A stretch of 63,810 nt of DNA, counting the filler, from Choristocarpus tenellus KU-1152 (taxonomy: Eukaryota; Protista; Phaeophyceae): NCBI GenBank assembly GCA_964200185.2. It is 4 parts of 4 records of this genome, joined end to end, with 100 filler letters (N's around TTAATTAATTAA, not from the genome) between each part and the next. Parts side by side here need not be neighbours in the genome. Positions count along the whole stretch, not along the records: positions 16,841 to 40,699 come from CAXNAD020000234.1; positions 40,800 to 63,810 come from CAXNAD020000271.1; 2 more parts are not named here. One strand, given 5' to 3'. The notes below the pieces were generated by a model. It made no database searches. It was not told where the DNA came from and saw nothing but the letters and a program-made list of their open reading frames with translations. The position numbers were made by a program, and so were the translations under genes. Below are positions 35,100 through 48,120 of the stretch, one piece after another (positions within the stretch are counted from its first letter, which is position 1; every line of letters begins with the position of its first letter).

Positions 35100-35790
35100 A
35101 GAGAGTGCTCCAATGCGAAAACCATCTTTTGAAGGCCTTGTTAAGGTGAAGTCATCATGTCCAACCTCGGAGTTGTTGCCGAGAAGCAAAAGAGAAAGAA
35201 TCTGACACCTGCTAAAAGAAGAGCAGTAAGGCTTGTCGAGTAATGGGGCCTTGCACAAGGGCGACTTCCGCAGGATTGCGGAGTTATTGGGATCGAACAA
35301 GTACACGATCTCGGGATTGTGGAAGAGTTATCAAGCGCAGAAGGCTTCCGGTACAGTCGACCCTGATATGAGCAATAGACAAAGAGGAAACTCAGACTGG
35401 AAAGACATTAGTCTCGAGTCTCTACGCGAGGGTTTGAAAGAGATCCCCACAAGGAACCGCACCACTGTGTGGTCAGTTGCTGCGGCATTGGGACTTGCGC
35501 TCATGACGCTGTTCTGCATCCTCTACAATGTAGTCCTGCGAGCAACTGACCCCAGAGTAGTGGGGTTCCTTACGGGAATCCCTTTCAAACTCTCGCGTAG
35601 AGACTCGAGATTTATACCTTTCGGCCCTGAGTTTCCATTACGTGTATTGCTCACATCAGGGTCGAACGTAACGGCAGCCATCTGCACTTGATAACCCTTC
35701 CACAAGCCCGAGATCGTGCACTTGTTCGATCCGAATAACTCCGCAACCCTGGTGAAGTCCCCGTTATGGAGGACCCATTGTTAAAGTGAT
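35100..35790. mobile_element. Two mariner transposase N-terminal fragments in inverted orientation
   Basis: + strand 35233-35520 GDFRRIAELLGSNKYTISGLWK...GNS...ISLESLREGLKEIP; - strand 35785-35523 GDFTRVAELFGSNKCTISGLWK...GNSG...INLESLRESLKGIP. Confidence 0.75.
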
Positions 35791-36148
35791 GGAGTTCCGT
35801 CGCTACAATTTTGTATGCAGGATGGCTCGACTGCTGGTCAAAAAGACGACGCGTGCTTTGATTAGTTTGGGTGGGCGAAAACAGTTGACACTACTATCTT
35901 TCACCTCTTCATTCTCCTTTGTTACGCGAAACAGGCAGGTTGATTCTCCAAGACCAGCTGCAACACTGTCATATCAGGCTCTGCCTGTACAAAACGACTT
36001 GAAAAACTATTGAAACCCAGGGATGGAACAATTTTATCCCCTAAGCAGGAAATAAATTTGTTTTTGTACTCTTGCAAGTATTTGTATGTGCCTCCACTCT
36101 TTTTCAACACATTCCGATGCTTCTCAACTGTCTGTAGTGCCACCTATA

Positions 36149-36500
36149 CCCAAATGCCAATACTTGGGTTATACTCTGAAACATTCAAAGTTGGCTTATA
36201 TTTTGGAACAGAGTGGTGTATTTCTCATCTCAAAACAACCATCATGGAAACCCCTCATGTGACCTAAAATAGAAGTCACTGCTGTGATATAATCTAAGGT
36301 TCCGGGTGTGAGCACTTGGTGCCCAAAATGCCAATACTTGGGTTATATTCTGGAACATTCAAAGATGGCTTATATTTTGGAACAGAGTGGTGTATTTCTC
36401 ATCTCAAAACAACCATCATGGAAACCCCTCATGTGACCTAAAATAGAAGTCCGTACTGTGATATAATCTAAGGTTCCAGGTGTGAGCACTTGGTACCAAA
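36149..36500. repeat. Tandem duplication, ~175 bp x2, near-identical
   Basis: AAATGCCAATACTTGGGTTATA...GGTGTGAGCACTTGGT occurs twice. Confidence 0.9.
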
Positions 36501-39500
36501 ATGATGACCCCTATGTAAGACGAGGATGTTGACATATTGAAAGGGTCTATGCCTTCTTTGTTGGAGTATGACCATGGTGGACAGGGGCAGAAGGGACTGG
36601 TATATCAGGTAAGAATCATTGCCCATCACCAAAAAGAGAGATTCGAGTGGAGGAGCCCTTCCTTGGAACCCAAGAGAGGAAAAAGGAACTATGGGACGGC
36701 AAGTATTCATTTCCTAAACGTCTCAATGTGAAGGGGTGACTGGAGATCAGGGGGAAGTTGAAGGGCAGTGGTGGTAGAGGATCAATGGCGCAAGTCACAA
36801 ACCCCCTGCATTGGACCTTCAATCCAGCACCTGAGCAAGTGATGAATGAACTGATGTAAGAAGAGTGGCATAAGGTAAGCTGGATGGAGTCAGTCGTCCA
36901 GAAGTCTTGGGAAGAATGCGAGGCTGGATGTGTTGAGGAAGTACTGGAAAGCAATCGCCAAGGGCATCATCATTCCTATTCAGAGCAGCCAAGTAACATC
37001 GAAGTGCTGTACCCTATTGGCGAGGGAAGAGCTTGACTTTCTAAGATATGAACTGGGACTAAGGGAAGGTGAACTTTGACACCTTCATCCTCAAGGGTGT
37101 ATCACAACATGCTCCAGTGGTGAAGTAGCTGTGGTTACCAACAAAATCTCAACAGTCCCTGCTGACCCTGATATTGGTTATGGAACCTGATAATATAATA
37201 ACTTGAGTACATCAGATGAGTGGATAAATCTTCCTTGGTGTTGGTGTTTTTGTGCTGGAGTTTTTGCTGTTGTTATTGTTGTGGGCAGCCTTTGAACACC
37301 TTTTCTAGAACGACATTCTTCTTCCCCCAGACCTTTCTGTGTATATATGTGTGATGATTTCTTCACTGAATATTTTTTGGATTGGTTTTCCTTGGTTGGT
37401 CTTTGTATTGTGCAAATCGTGCGTGGGTAATACTTGTGATCGTATCTGCTGCACATTACAAATAAAACCTGCAACAGGATTTCTTTTTAGAATGGTGAAG
37501 CGAAGGAGTTAAAATGAGTTCAAATAGAAATTTTGTAGGGTTTTAAACTGAGTCAGACAGAGAGCATAAGCACTGTTGGCCATAAAGTTCATGGCCACAT
37601 CATGTTTAAACAGTGTAAGGGTAATGGACTTAGGCACGTTTAACTTGGTTGTACAGGGCAGCAGGCAGGCTGGCTATGTAGTAGTGATAGCCATGAGGTC
37701 AACCATGTTAGAACATTTTATATATGGCAGACCGGGAAAAAAAATTGACACTCGAGTTGGCCCCATTGTAACACCCCATTCGTTCTCTCTAAATGCACCT
37801 TGTATCACTGTATATTATACTACCACAAATACTAAATGCTCTGGTTTATTGTAGGCTACTTTTGATTTTAGTATTTTTGTTGATACATATTTGCAAGGCA
37901 AAGCATTCTCAAATCTGTCCAAAGAACAAAAAATAATGTGGTTTTGTTTTTGTGAGTAGCTTTAGACCTATGGGAATGAGAACAATATAACGAAACCAGT
38001 ATGGTTGATTTGATATCGCAGCAAAGAAGTGTCATTGTAGGAAGTTCTTTGTATATGTGTCATAGATGAACTACAGGTAATTGGCTTTCCTTGCACCCAA
38101 TGACATGTATGGGGTAGATGGATATTTGACTTGGTTTCCGCCATATATCTATATCCTTGGTGATTGATGTTTGTTTGTTTACAATCTAGCATTGTTTTCC
38201 TCTCTGTTCACACTTCTTGTACCAAGTGTGATGAGGTTGGAACATACAAGAAAGTGATGTGTAGGCAGTTGTCTTGACAAAAATCACTTCGCAACCTGCT
38301 TCCTGCCACTCAAAATGAACAATGTAAGATTTTTTTTAAGGTGAGTGCATGGGTTCTTGGACTTTCCCTCATTGGACCTTCTAGGTGTGGCAATTGTTGA
38401 TGGTAGGAGCTATGGGATTCAGGGAACCGAGGTTGGAGTGTTGCCTGCACTCCATTTATGTTGCTGTGTTATTATCAGTGCCTTCGACTAATGTGTGGTG
38501 GCAAAGATGGTCTTTCTTTCTCTCCTTGGTGTCCCTCTCAACATCATTCTCATATACTTGGTTCCTTCATGGTCTGTCACCAGAGTCATACCTTGTCTGG
38601 AGAATTGTACACACATAGATGAACCAGTCTCAATATTGCTATCAAGCAATGGTCCTCTTACTTGGTATTTGTCTCATTTGCAACAACTATCATGCACTAC
38701 TGCTGACTTCCTATGGCTAGAATAAGGTACTACAGGGTGTGATGGTGTGAGTGGGTAATATGGGGACTGCACTAGGGAATAATCAGGAGGGGAAATTCCA
38801 ACTTAGTAGAAGCTGCGCTCCAGTAACCCCAGGAGTAAGGAAACAGTGGGGTGCATGTGTCCTCATAAATGTGTGGGGTGTGTGCTGGAGGTGAAAGGGT
38901 ACAGTGTTCAGGCAGCATAAGGGTGCAGGAGGGAGCTGTTTGGTCTATGTGGAACAGTGGAGGTCCACCATGTAGGATATGGTGTGGTCCAGCAGCACCA
39001 GGAGGAATGGCAAGGAAGATAATTGTGCCTGGGTAGCAGGGACGTGCTGTGCTTGGATAGAAAGGGTGAGGTGTGCATAGGGGGGGGGCTTCCTGTGCAA
39101 TTTTTGATGATGGAACTAACAACGTATATAAATAGCTGTGGGGTCTGTGGGTGACTTTTACTTGGAAAGTGGTCAAAAGGGAGTTCAAACTTTGTATCGA
39201 AGGCATTGCAGGCGAAGACACTGTCAGAAAATCACACTCCGGGCCAACATTCCCTTGATGATCAAGAGTAATTGTTGGACTAAAAAGGTAGAAGTTAGGA
39301 CTAGGGATACAGGGTAAATAGGGGGAAAAAAAATTGGGTCAACCATCCCTTAAAAAAGTGAATAATTAAAGAGAGTTGGACTAGAGGTTGAATATGTGAA
39401 GTTGAGGGTGGGTTGGATGATAGTTACAAATATCCATCGCTCCATGTGTAATGATAGGTGTAATGATAGGTACTTCTGTTCATCTTCTGTCCTATTTTTG

Positions 39501-40699
39501 GATGCATTATTTTGTGTAGTGTTTGGGTGGTTGGGGTGACTTTACGGTTTGTGTATATCAGGACTTTTTATCAGCCCAGACAGTTAACATGTCCACTGTC
39601 AGCAATATGTCCGTGAGCTGGTCTGTGCTCCAACTCTGTTGAAACGGTCAATGGGCATGGACTCTGTCATGTTCGAACTTGGTGGTTATACATGGTCAGT
39701 GGCAGCCCCAGTGATGTTGAGTACATGATAGCCATGGACTTGACCATATTCGAACTTGGTTATACATGGCGGACCAGTGGCCCTGGTCATGTTAAGTAAG
39801 TGGTGACCATGGACTCGGCAATGTTAGAACATTTTATCTATAGCTGGCCTGGTAATATTTATTTTACACTTGGTCTCTGACCACATCATGGCCATGCCCC
39901 CTATTTTATAGTTTACCACTCTTCTTGAATATTATATCCTACATTTCACGTTTCTATTGAATCCACAAAATATATAATACAGTGATATTTCTTTATCATA
40001 TTATATATTTTTTAACATTATAATTGTAGATTTAAAATACAAATACATTCTTGGGTGTCTGAGGTGATTTGTGATCCATGTGTTTGTGAATGTGACATTC
40101 ACACAAGTATAATACACAGTGGATGTGGTCTGGACATGCCAAAAAAAAATTGAACTGATGGGCATCCATGGTCGGGACTGGTCCAGACATAGACATGGAC
40201 CGGTTTTATATGTAGAGGACATGGACTGGAATGTGTTAAATAATTATGAGACCGGTCCAGGTGGTGGATGGGATTTTTTAAAAATTACTGGCCTGGTGAA
40301 AAGTCCTAGTGTAATTATTGAATCACATGTGGAACTCATGAATTCTCATTGCACAAACTTCTGGAGTGCTCATATATTATTCATGATTTGAACAAAAAAG
40401 TTCCAGTGAGGATTAGAAAGGGTACAATCTATTTGTATATAAATCTTTATTGTAGGCATTTTGCGCATATTTTCCCATGCAGTGGCTCGTGGCCAAATGA
40501 ATTGGATTGTTGGACTAACACAACTCGTACTGGATTATGGTTTGGACATGTTAGACAATGTGAGACCTAGTCCATCTTGTGGACATGGACCTGTCCGTAC
40601 CTAGTGGACCCAGTCCAGCTGGTGGACATGAACTGGTTGGTACAATATTCAGTGGGCGTGGTCCAGATATGTAGGATTATGTTAGACCCAGTCTGGCTG

Positions 40700-40799
40700 N
40701 NNNNNNNNNNNNNNNNNNNNNNNNNNNNNNNNNNNNNNNNNNNTTAATTAATTAANNNNNNNNNNNNNNNNNNNNNNNNNNNNNNNNNNNNNNNNNNNN
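40700..40799. other. Artificial contig-joining spacer
   Basis: N-run + TTAATTAATTAA. Confidence 0.97.
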
Positions 40800-41248
40800 C
40801 AAGTTATCCATTCTAATCCCCTTTTTTTAATTTAAACAAAAGTTGGGAAAAAAACCCCTCCGAATCCCCAAGCCCCCAAACCCCCCCCCCCCCCCCCCCT
40901 CCCTCTCCCAACAGTTACTTTCAGTCTACATGCCATTTTTGAACGACCTCCAACCCCCCCCCCCCTCGACTCTCAACGGTGCAAGTTTCTTTTTCTTTTT
41001 CTTTTTGGAACTGCACCAGAAAAATATCATCTTCTTTAATCACCAGCAAAAGGCCCGTCAAAATGCAAGTATACACTGATTTGTGTGCTAACTGTCCTCC
41101 ATGTTGACACATCATACCTTTGTTATTCACTTGCCATCATACACCTGTACCACGTCATGTCATGCCACAATTTCTTCTGTGACACAAAAAGACTGAACTG
41201 TGTATGTATTTTTTTCTTTGGGGTTGCCCGTTTCCTCGTGGGGTTCAG

Positions 41249-44200
41249 GAAGAATTTCGAACCGATTCGTCCCGACTTCAACCTGAGGACAAGGGCATGT
41301 TCTTGAGACTAATCTCCTTCTTCATGTCTTTCCATCGACATCTGTACATGGTGGACACTAAACATGCCTCCACCGGTGGCCATGGGGGTGGTGGAGTTCC
41401 CAAGTATGAGCTTGGGCATGTTTTAGAGACAATGGACATAATGACGTTTAATCTGATACTTAGGGAGGTGGAGGAGTCTATTGAAAGAAAAAACGGTCCT
41501 CGTCTGGCAGAGTGTGTGTCAGCACTCAAAGAGATGGTGCAGATATTGGTAAGTGAATGCTGACGCTATTGATAATGGGTAGTCAAGAGTTACACTCGTT
41601 CCCCTCAGTGTAGTTTATGCCTTGGTGAAGGGAAGGTTGACACACACTCTCAGCGTAGGTGGTACCAAGTTGCAAGGAAACACAATCAGTTTTACTCCTG
41701 CTGTGGAGGTGATACTTGAATGTGATATTATGTTGGATTAATGAGGTACATGGTCAGTCCTTACATTGTGCCATCCCACTGTGCACCTCTTCCAGACAAT
41801 CTTGAACGAGTCCCCGGAGCAGGCACACCAGACTGTCGCCTTGGGTCTAATGTCCACCATATTCTATGCTGCAGAGCCTCTAGGTAAGGTTGCATTTAAA
41901 CTCCCATATTGCCCCTCCTCTCCACAGTCCATCTGGTCACTGTGTTTTATATTTGTACAAGAAGAAACTACGAGAAAGTCCTTTGTTGTGGAGTAAAAAT
42001 GAACACAAAAGTGGTCAGAATGACAATAACATAGCATGAGACAAAACTGATTGTATGTGCTCACAATTTTGGCAGCGGTATATTATGTGCTCGTCAAGTA
42101 TTAAATTGATCATATTCTTGAATTATATTGATCATATTCTTGAATTATGGATTCATTTCGGCAACCAAGCACTCCATCAACCTCCCCTCCCCACACACAT
42201 ACACATTCCCTATGTTGTTTTGTAAAGACATGTAATCATTATCTTTTTTCACCCTGTTGGTTGTGTGTTCCCTTGTGATACAATACAGACAAGCTTCAAG
42301 ACCTGGTCAGGCAGTGGCAACCATCAGCTCATCCCCGAAGCTATCTGTGTAACCTGATAGAGCTGGTTCACATCGTGCTCAAGGCCTTGGAGTGGTACAC
42401 TAAAGATAGGGCTATGGCCAAGTCTAGCAATAATGGGGAAGACGCAGCGAATGGTCTGACTGTAAAGTCCATGGTTGACAAGGATCTCATGGAGCGCCTG
42501 AGTGCTGCCAATGACTTTGACTTCCCTCGGTACTTGCGGAGGATAGCATCTAAGAAGTGAGCCAACCATGAGCATACATACACACTTTTTTGTATCAACT
42601 TCCTAGCCCTTGCTGCTGTACTGTACACTACTGTACACTACTGGATGTGTGGCGGCTATGGTGTTTGTTGTGGCAAGCCTTGATTAAGCCATCTCTCTCA
42701 TACCCCTCTGCACCCCTTGATGACTCTACAGGACAGTACATATGTACACCAGTCTGCTGGAGCACTATGGCACTAACAGTGCCAAGACTAACCACTACAT
42801 CCTCTCCTTCTTCATGCGCCTATCCAACTACAAGGTGGGTCACAGCCATTATTGCCATTATCATTTTATACATTATCATTTTATACAATCCTGTATCCGT
42901 ACACCTCTCTCATCCCTTAAAGATACACACCCTCAAAACCCTTCCAAGCTGAGAGTAGGTGCTGGTGTGGGTTTTGTCTGCAGAATGATGGATGCCCTTG
43001 TACCTTTTACCTTGTACCTTTTATGGGGAGACTTCTTTTCTTGTGAGATAATTTTTTTACTTCAGGTGTTGCTAACCAAAGTACCCATGCTTGAGCAGGT
43101 CAAAGGATCTGCGAGTGTCAAGCGTCAGGTGGATATTATGGAGGGGGAAGAGGCCAATAAGATTGAAAACGTGAGCCTGGAAGGCATGCTGTACAATGTG
43201 CACACACTTGGAGTGTTTCGGAAACTTCTGGATGACCCTCTGGCTCGTAAGCCAGCCTTTAAGCACCTCCAGCATTATGTCAGGTGATCCTTGACATGGC
43301 TTACCAAGGAGTAAATATACCTGGGCATACTTATGTATGCCAAAAACATGAGGGAGGTCTGAAGATACTCCTCTGTGCTGCCTTGAACCTACCCAGAATT
43401 GTGGGACTAATTCATTTATGTACTACATGTACACCCTGTAAATATTAAATCTCAACAGGTTGTCATGTGGGAAGCTTGAGGCAAGCCCTCATAGAAGATC
43501 AAGAAAATCAATTCCACATTTTGCAACTAGTGTGTAGGGTGTCACATCATGTCCAACATAATGAGGAGGCACTTTGATCTGATTAACCATTTTAAACTGA
43601 ACATGAGTACCTGAAAATCAGTGTATACTGCGCCCATCTATATTGTGGACTTGTGATTGTCTCCAATGAGTCTGCTGTTGATACATCAATTACTGTAGTA
43701 CTTACAAGTGTCTTCATTGATACTGGACACCCACCATAGCAACCCTTTGGTTAAGTCCTGACTCTTCATTCCTTCATTTCCCATGTTATCAATAAATGAG
43801 AATGTGCCTAGGAGTTTGATCTACTCTGCAGTCTACATGCTTAGCATGAATGCCATGATTCATTATCAGTGATGAAATAACATAATGTATCCCTTCCTTT
43901 CATGTTGTGATGAAGTGTCAACACCCATGAGATGTTTCTGTCGACCTTTTTTTTTTCAAAGTTATTCTATTCCTGCTCCTCCCATCACCTGATCCTCTGT
44001 ACTGTGTTGACCATACTTACAAACCTGTGTATTGAGGACATTGATGTTACTCTGACCTCTAGGATGACTATGTGTTTGTGATGTGATTCTTGACATCAAG
44101 ATGCTCTATTTGTGCATACCTAATATACCTAATGTAATGTGTTGGAACATGTTTGTCAATACTCTACCCAATATACCTAATGTAATGTGTTGGAACATGT

Positions 44201-46766
44201 TTGTCAATACTTTACCCAATATACCTAATGTAATGTGTTGGAACATGTTTGTCCTGCAGTGCTACTGTTCGACACTTTGCAACCCTTGCATCCAGGAATC
44301 ACCTGGTCTTTGTGGAAGCTCTCATCCCACATTCTCATGGGCAAAATCACTGTGAGGCATTGCACAATGTCTACTGCTCTGTGGACGCCTTGAATGCTCA
44401 CATCGAGGTAGGTTGTATGAAACAAAATCGCGCAGACCCCAATATCAATGGATTGATCCATTGAACAGACTGTTTTTCTCTTTTCTCACCTCTAAATAGA
44501 AAAAAAGTGCATGTTTGACTTGTGGCAATGGGGAGTGCCTTAGTCACCAGATTGATTTCTGCCACTGCTCTTTGTGTTTGAAGAGTTGTGTAAGAAGCAC
44601 TTTTGTTCCTTGTCTTGAGGCATTGTACTTCATTAAACACAGTTATTACAGGCATTTGGGATGTATAAAAGCAGTTACTCTTGCTAAAAAGAACTGTTAA
44701 TAGGCTGACAATCCTACTGATCTATAAACATTGCCAAGCTATTGTACAGTTAAAGTACTTGGATTGGAAGGACTGGACCACTGTAAGTATTGGAATGTGA
44801 TGAGTTGACTTTGACCAGGTTCAGGTTATAATTTCTGCATGGGACAGGTGCACAATGGTACTACATCCTCTTTCACAGGACCCTAAGAGCACAAGTGTGA
44901 ACTGAAGGAGATGTGACAAACTATATTCATTTGATGAGGGGTACATGTTTGGGACATGAGGGCAATAGAGCCAGTCAAAAAAACCAATAGGAGAGTATCA
45001 TCTCTAGAAACTAATACATGTCTTTCCCTTGCTGGACAAAACACACTCAGTAGTCATCCAAATTCTAAGCATACTGGCTGTCAAATATCCCATAGGCTAT
45101 TTCGAGTCTTTGTACATAGAGGGACAGGTTTGGGTCAACATTCAACGTCAAGTGCTTGTACTCTAATCAAAACTTTGTCATGTTTTGATGGGGTTGGGTA
45201 GACATTACTGTGTAGGTTGTTTGTCATACAATTCACACTGTGATATGAATATTGTGGGACTATTTGTACCTCTTTTTGGTGAATAATAATGAGTAGCAGC
45301 AAAGTCAAACAAAAAAAGAAAGCATCACTGATGACCCTCCCCTGTCCACTGTTGTTTCTCCTTGAAATTTTTTATTTGAAAGGAATCGATTCCTATCAAG
45401 AACAAGAAGAAAAGGACTAAGAGGTCGTGTGATAGCGATAGTGATAGTGATGCTCACAGTGAAAACAGCATTTCAAGTGATGAAGGTGGTGTCAGTACCA
45501 GGGGGGGGAAGGAACCACACAATGGTTGGGACCCTCACCCATCGAACACCAAGGGCAGAGATGAATCTGGTGTGTCAATGGACGTGGAGGATGAGAGTGA
45601 AGAGGAGTGGGGGGAAGAAGATGACCAAGACAAGGGTGGGGACAGCAGTATAAATGACAGTAAGCAGGGGCATGTAGGCAAGGCTAGCAAGACCAAGGGG
45701 GCAAGACAAATACCTGGGAGCAGCGGTGTCATGGGGTCAAAGAGTGGAAAAAAGTGTGCCCCAAGGTGGACAGAGGAGGTAGGTTCTAACTCTCTGGACT
45801 GGTGCATCCGGAGATTCCAGTCCATTTTGTTTCTGCGTACTGCAAATCCTGTTGATGGGTTTGAGGAAAAGGCGCAAATTTGTAGAGTTGAAATATTGTT
45901 GACTGTAGTTTGATTCAACATAGAAATTGGGGTATCCATGTATGGGAATGTAAACATTCCAGATTATGATAGTTTGCTCTGCATCACCACTTGAATGAGC
46001 AGGAAGATGACTTCCTTCGAGAGCAGTATCCCATCTATGCAGAAGCAGACAGTGTATTTGCAGTTCTTGGTGCTGATGATCTCATGGAGAAACATGAGCG
46101 CACCACAGAGCAGATCCAACGCCGTGTGAAGAGGTTAGGGCTCACGGCACTGGCTTCCAAGATGGAAGAGGAAGATGTGGATGGGCATGAAAGTGATGGA
46201 GAGGCAGGAAATGGTACACCTTCCGGACCATCATCGACACCATCATCGACAACAAAAGGTCAAGGAGAGGTGAAGCCCACCACCTTTGATCAAGGTCCTG
46301 TGATGGGGAGTGAGATAGATAAGGACCCTAAGAACGGCACAGGACACTCTAAAGTTCGGCAGATTGTACGCAAGAACAGAGGCGAGAGTGGAGAAGACTC
46401 TGACTCTGATGGACTTTTTAAGATGGGAGAGGTGAGATACGAGGAAAAATATATGTATGGGTCAAAAACGGGCGCAGGCACACACACCGCCAGATACTTT
46501 GACCGTATGGCTATCTGTAAAGGATACAGGTAGCTGTAGGAGCTACCAATAGAATTTTTTTGCCCTGATAGAAGACAAAGGTACATTATGATGCAAAATA
46601 ACTCGCCTCTGCTTTGCATTCTTTTGGCATTACTTTCTTACTAATAACCTCTCTTCACCGGCAGGGTAATGACGCCGGAGAGGACAACATGGTGCTGGGA
46701 GGGAGTGCCAAAGATCTGCATCAGTTCTTGAAGAGGGCAATTTTTGAGGACAGTGATGATGACTGA
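41249..46766 (+). CDS. TIMELESS: Timeless/Tof1/Swi1 fork-protection protein, 5'-truncated. Exons 41249-41548, 41796-41883, 42289-42556, 42732-42834, 43066-43283, 44260-44407, 45383-45778, 46003-46431, 46665-46766
   Basis: SYLCNLIELVHIVLKALE, YTSLLEHYGTNSAKTNHYILSFFMRL, NHLVFVEAL and the C-terminal Myb-like RWTEEEDDFLREQY...QIQRRVKRLGL are Timeless-family motifs. Confidence 0.82.
44117..44253. repeat. 48-bp tandem repeat, about 2.9 copies, abutting a Timeless 3' splice site
   Basis: Units start at 44117, 44165 and 44213. Confidence 0.92.
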
Positions 46767-47103
46767 GTGAACGAGTTACGTGAATGAATAGTGTTGCTTT
46801 AGCCAACTGCAAGTGCGTCAACCATCGAGTAGATGGATAGACAAGGTTGCGATCAAAATATCACCACAAATAGAACTCGATGGTGATACTGTTTTTTTTG
46901 TTGTATTATTAATGTGTGTGCGCGCGTGTTTGTGTCTGTGTCTGTCCCTTTTAACATAGAGTGATCTCAATTATCAGATAAGGTGCTTGCCAAGGAAAAA
47001 TTCCTCGCCGTACGAAGTCCTTGGATCCAGCTGAGTCCGGATAAGTGCAGCATACTCTTGCGGACCCCTTTCCTTCTCTCTACCTCATTCGTCGGATATC
47101 GTG

Positions 47104-47815
47104 CTAGCCCTGTCACGGAGATATAGGCGGAGGGGATGAAGAGTGGGCTGTTGTCGCAGAACAGACAAATTATAGTTGATCGCGACCAGAGATAGATTCA
47201 ACTGCACGGTGACACTACGATATATATCTGGACCAAGAGCCCGTCGGGCATGAGTTGAATCAGCAGATTCAAGTGCTTACCTCGAATTTTCCCAGAATAT
47301 CTTCATCCCGGAACAGGCTGTACTCCTCATCACCCAACTTGAGTGTTTGTCCACCGTACTCAGGCAACAGCACCGTGTCGCCAACACTCACGTTGACCGG
47401 AACCTTAGTGCCAGATTCCGTAAACCTTCCCGGTCCCACTGCCACTACCTGAGCTTCATTCGTCTTGCCTACCGAGCTATCAGGAAGGTAAACACCTCCA
47501 GCAGTCTGGAAAGCACAAAAAGGTAACGGAGTAAACAGTAAAGACTTCGTGGGTTCATCTCACAAACAACCTCGTTGCTTGGAAGCAAAAATCTCAATAA
47601 CTACAGATAGAACTACGATGTCATACCTGAGACTGCGCAATCATTCGCTTCACGAGGACACGGTCCGCCAAGGGAGCGAGCTTCCTGATCAGAGACTGAA
47701 AAAGTAAGGGCAGCACAACCACCGACGACAGGCTATGAGGACTTGAAAGAAAGGGATGGTACGATGTAAGCGATGTGCCTTGTCACAACTTCAATTCCAA
47801 ACTAACACTCACCAT
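47104..47815 (-). CDS. HSP10: Mitochondrial-type co-chaperonin Hsp10/Cpn10. Exons 47815-47813 (ATG only), 47695-47627, 47505-47281, 47109-47104
   Basis: KLAPLADRVLVKR...TAGGVYLP...VVAVGPG...VSVGDTVLLPEYGG...LFRDEDILG is the GroES signature; the last micro-exon is inferred. Confidence 0.93.
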
Positions 47816-48120
47816 AATTTCAATCTGTGGGACGTTTAAGCGTAGATGTAAGACGTCGTGCTTTTCTCTAAGTCACAGGAAGTTCTATGGTCAAGTCTCG
47901 AAGACTGCTTACCCTACAAGTTGCGTACACACACGCCTGTTCGTTTAATACAAACCTGTAATGTGTCTAAATAATAATATGAATTATTGGGTGAAACTGC
48001 TAAAACTGGCTCTAGTGTGGAAAAAACTAAGAAATATATACCTACATTTTGTGCATCAATATCCTATCAAGAGAAAATAAAAGCGTTCTTGTTGTGTGTG
48101 TGTATATTTTATCGATAAGA
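47816..48120. promoter_or_regulatory. Putative bidirectional promoter between HSP10 and the enolase-like gene
   Basis: Only 305 bp between divergent ATGs; lies within a CpG-retaining region. Confidence 0.6.
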
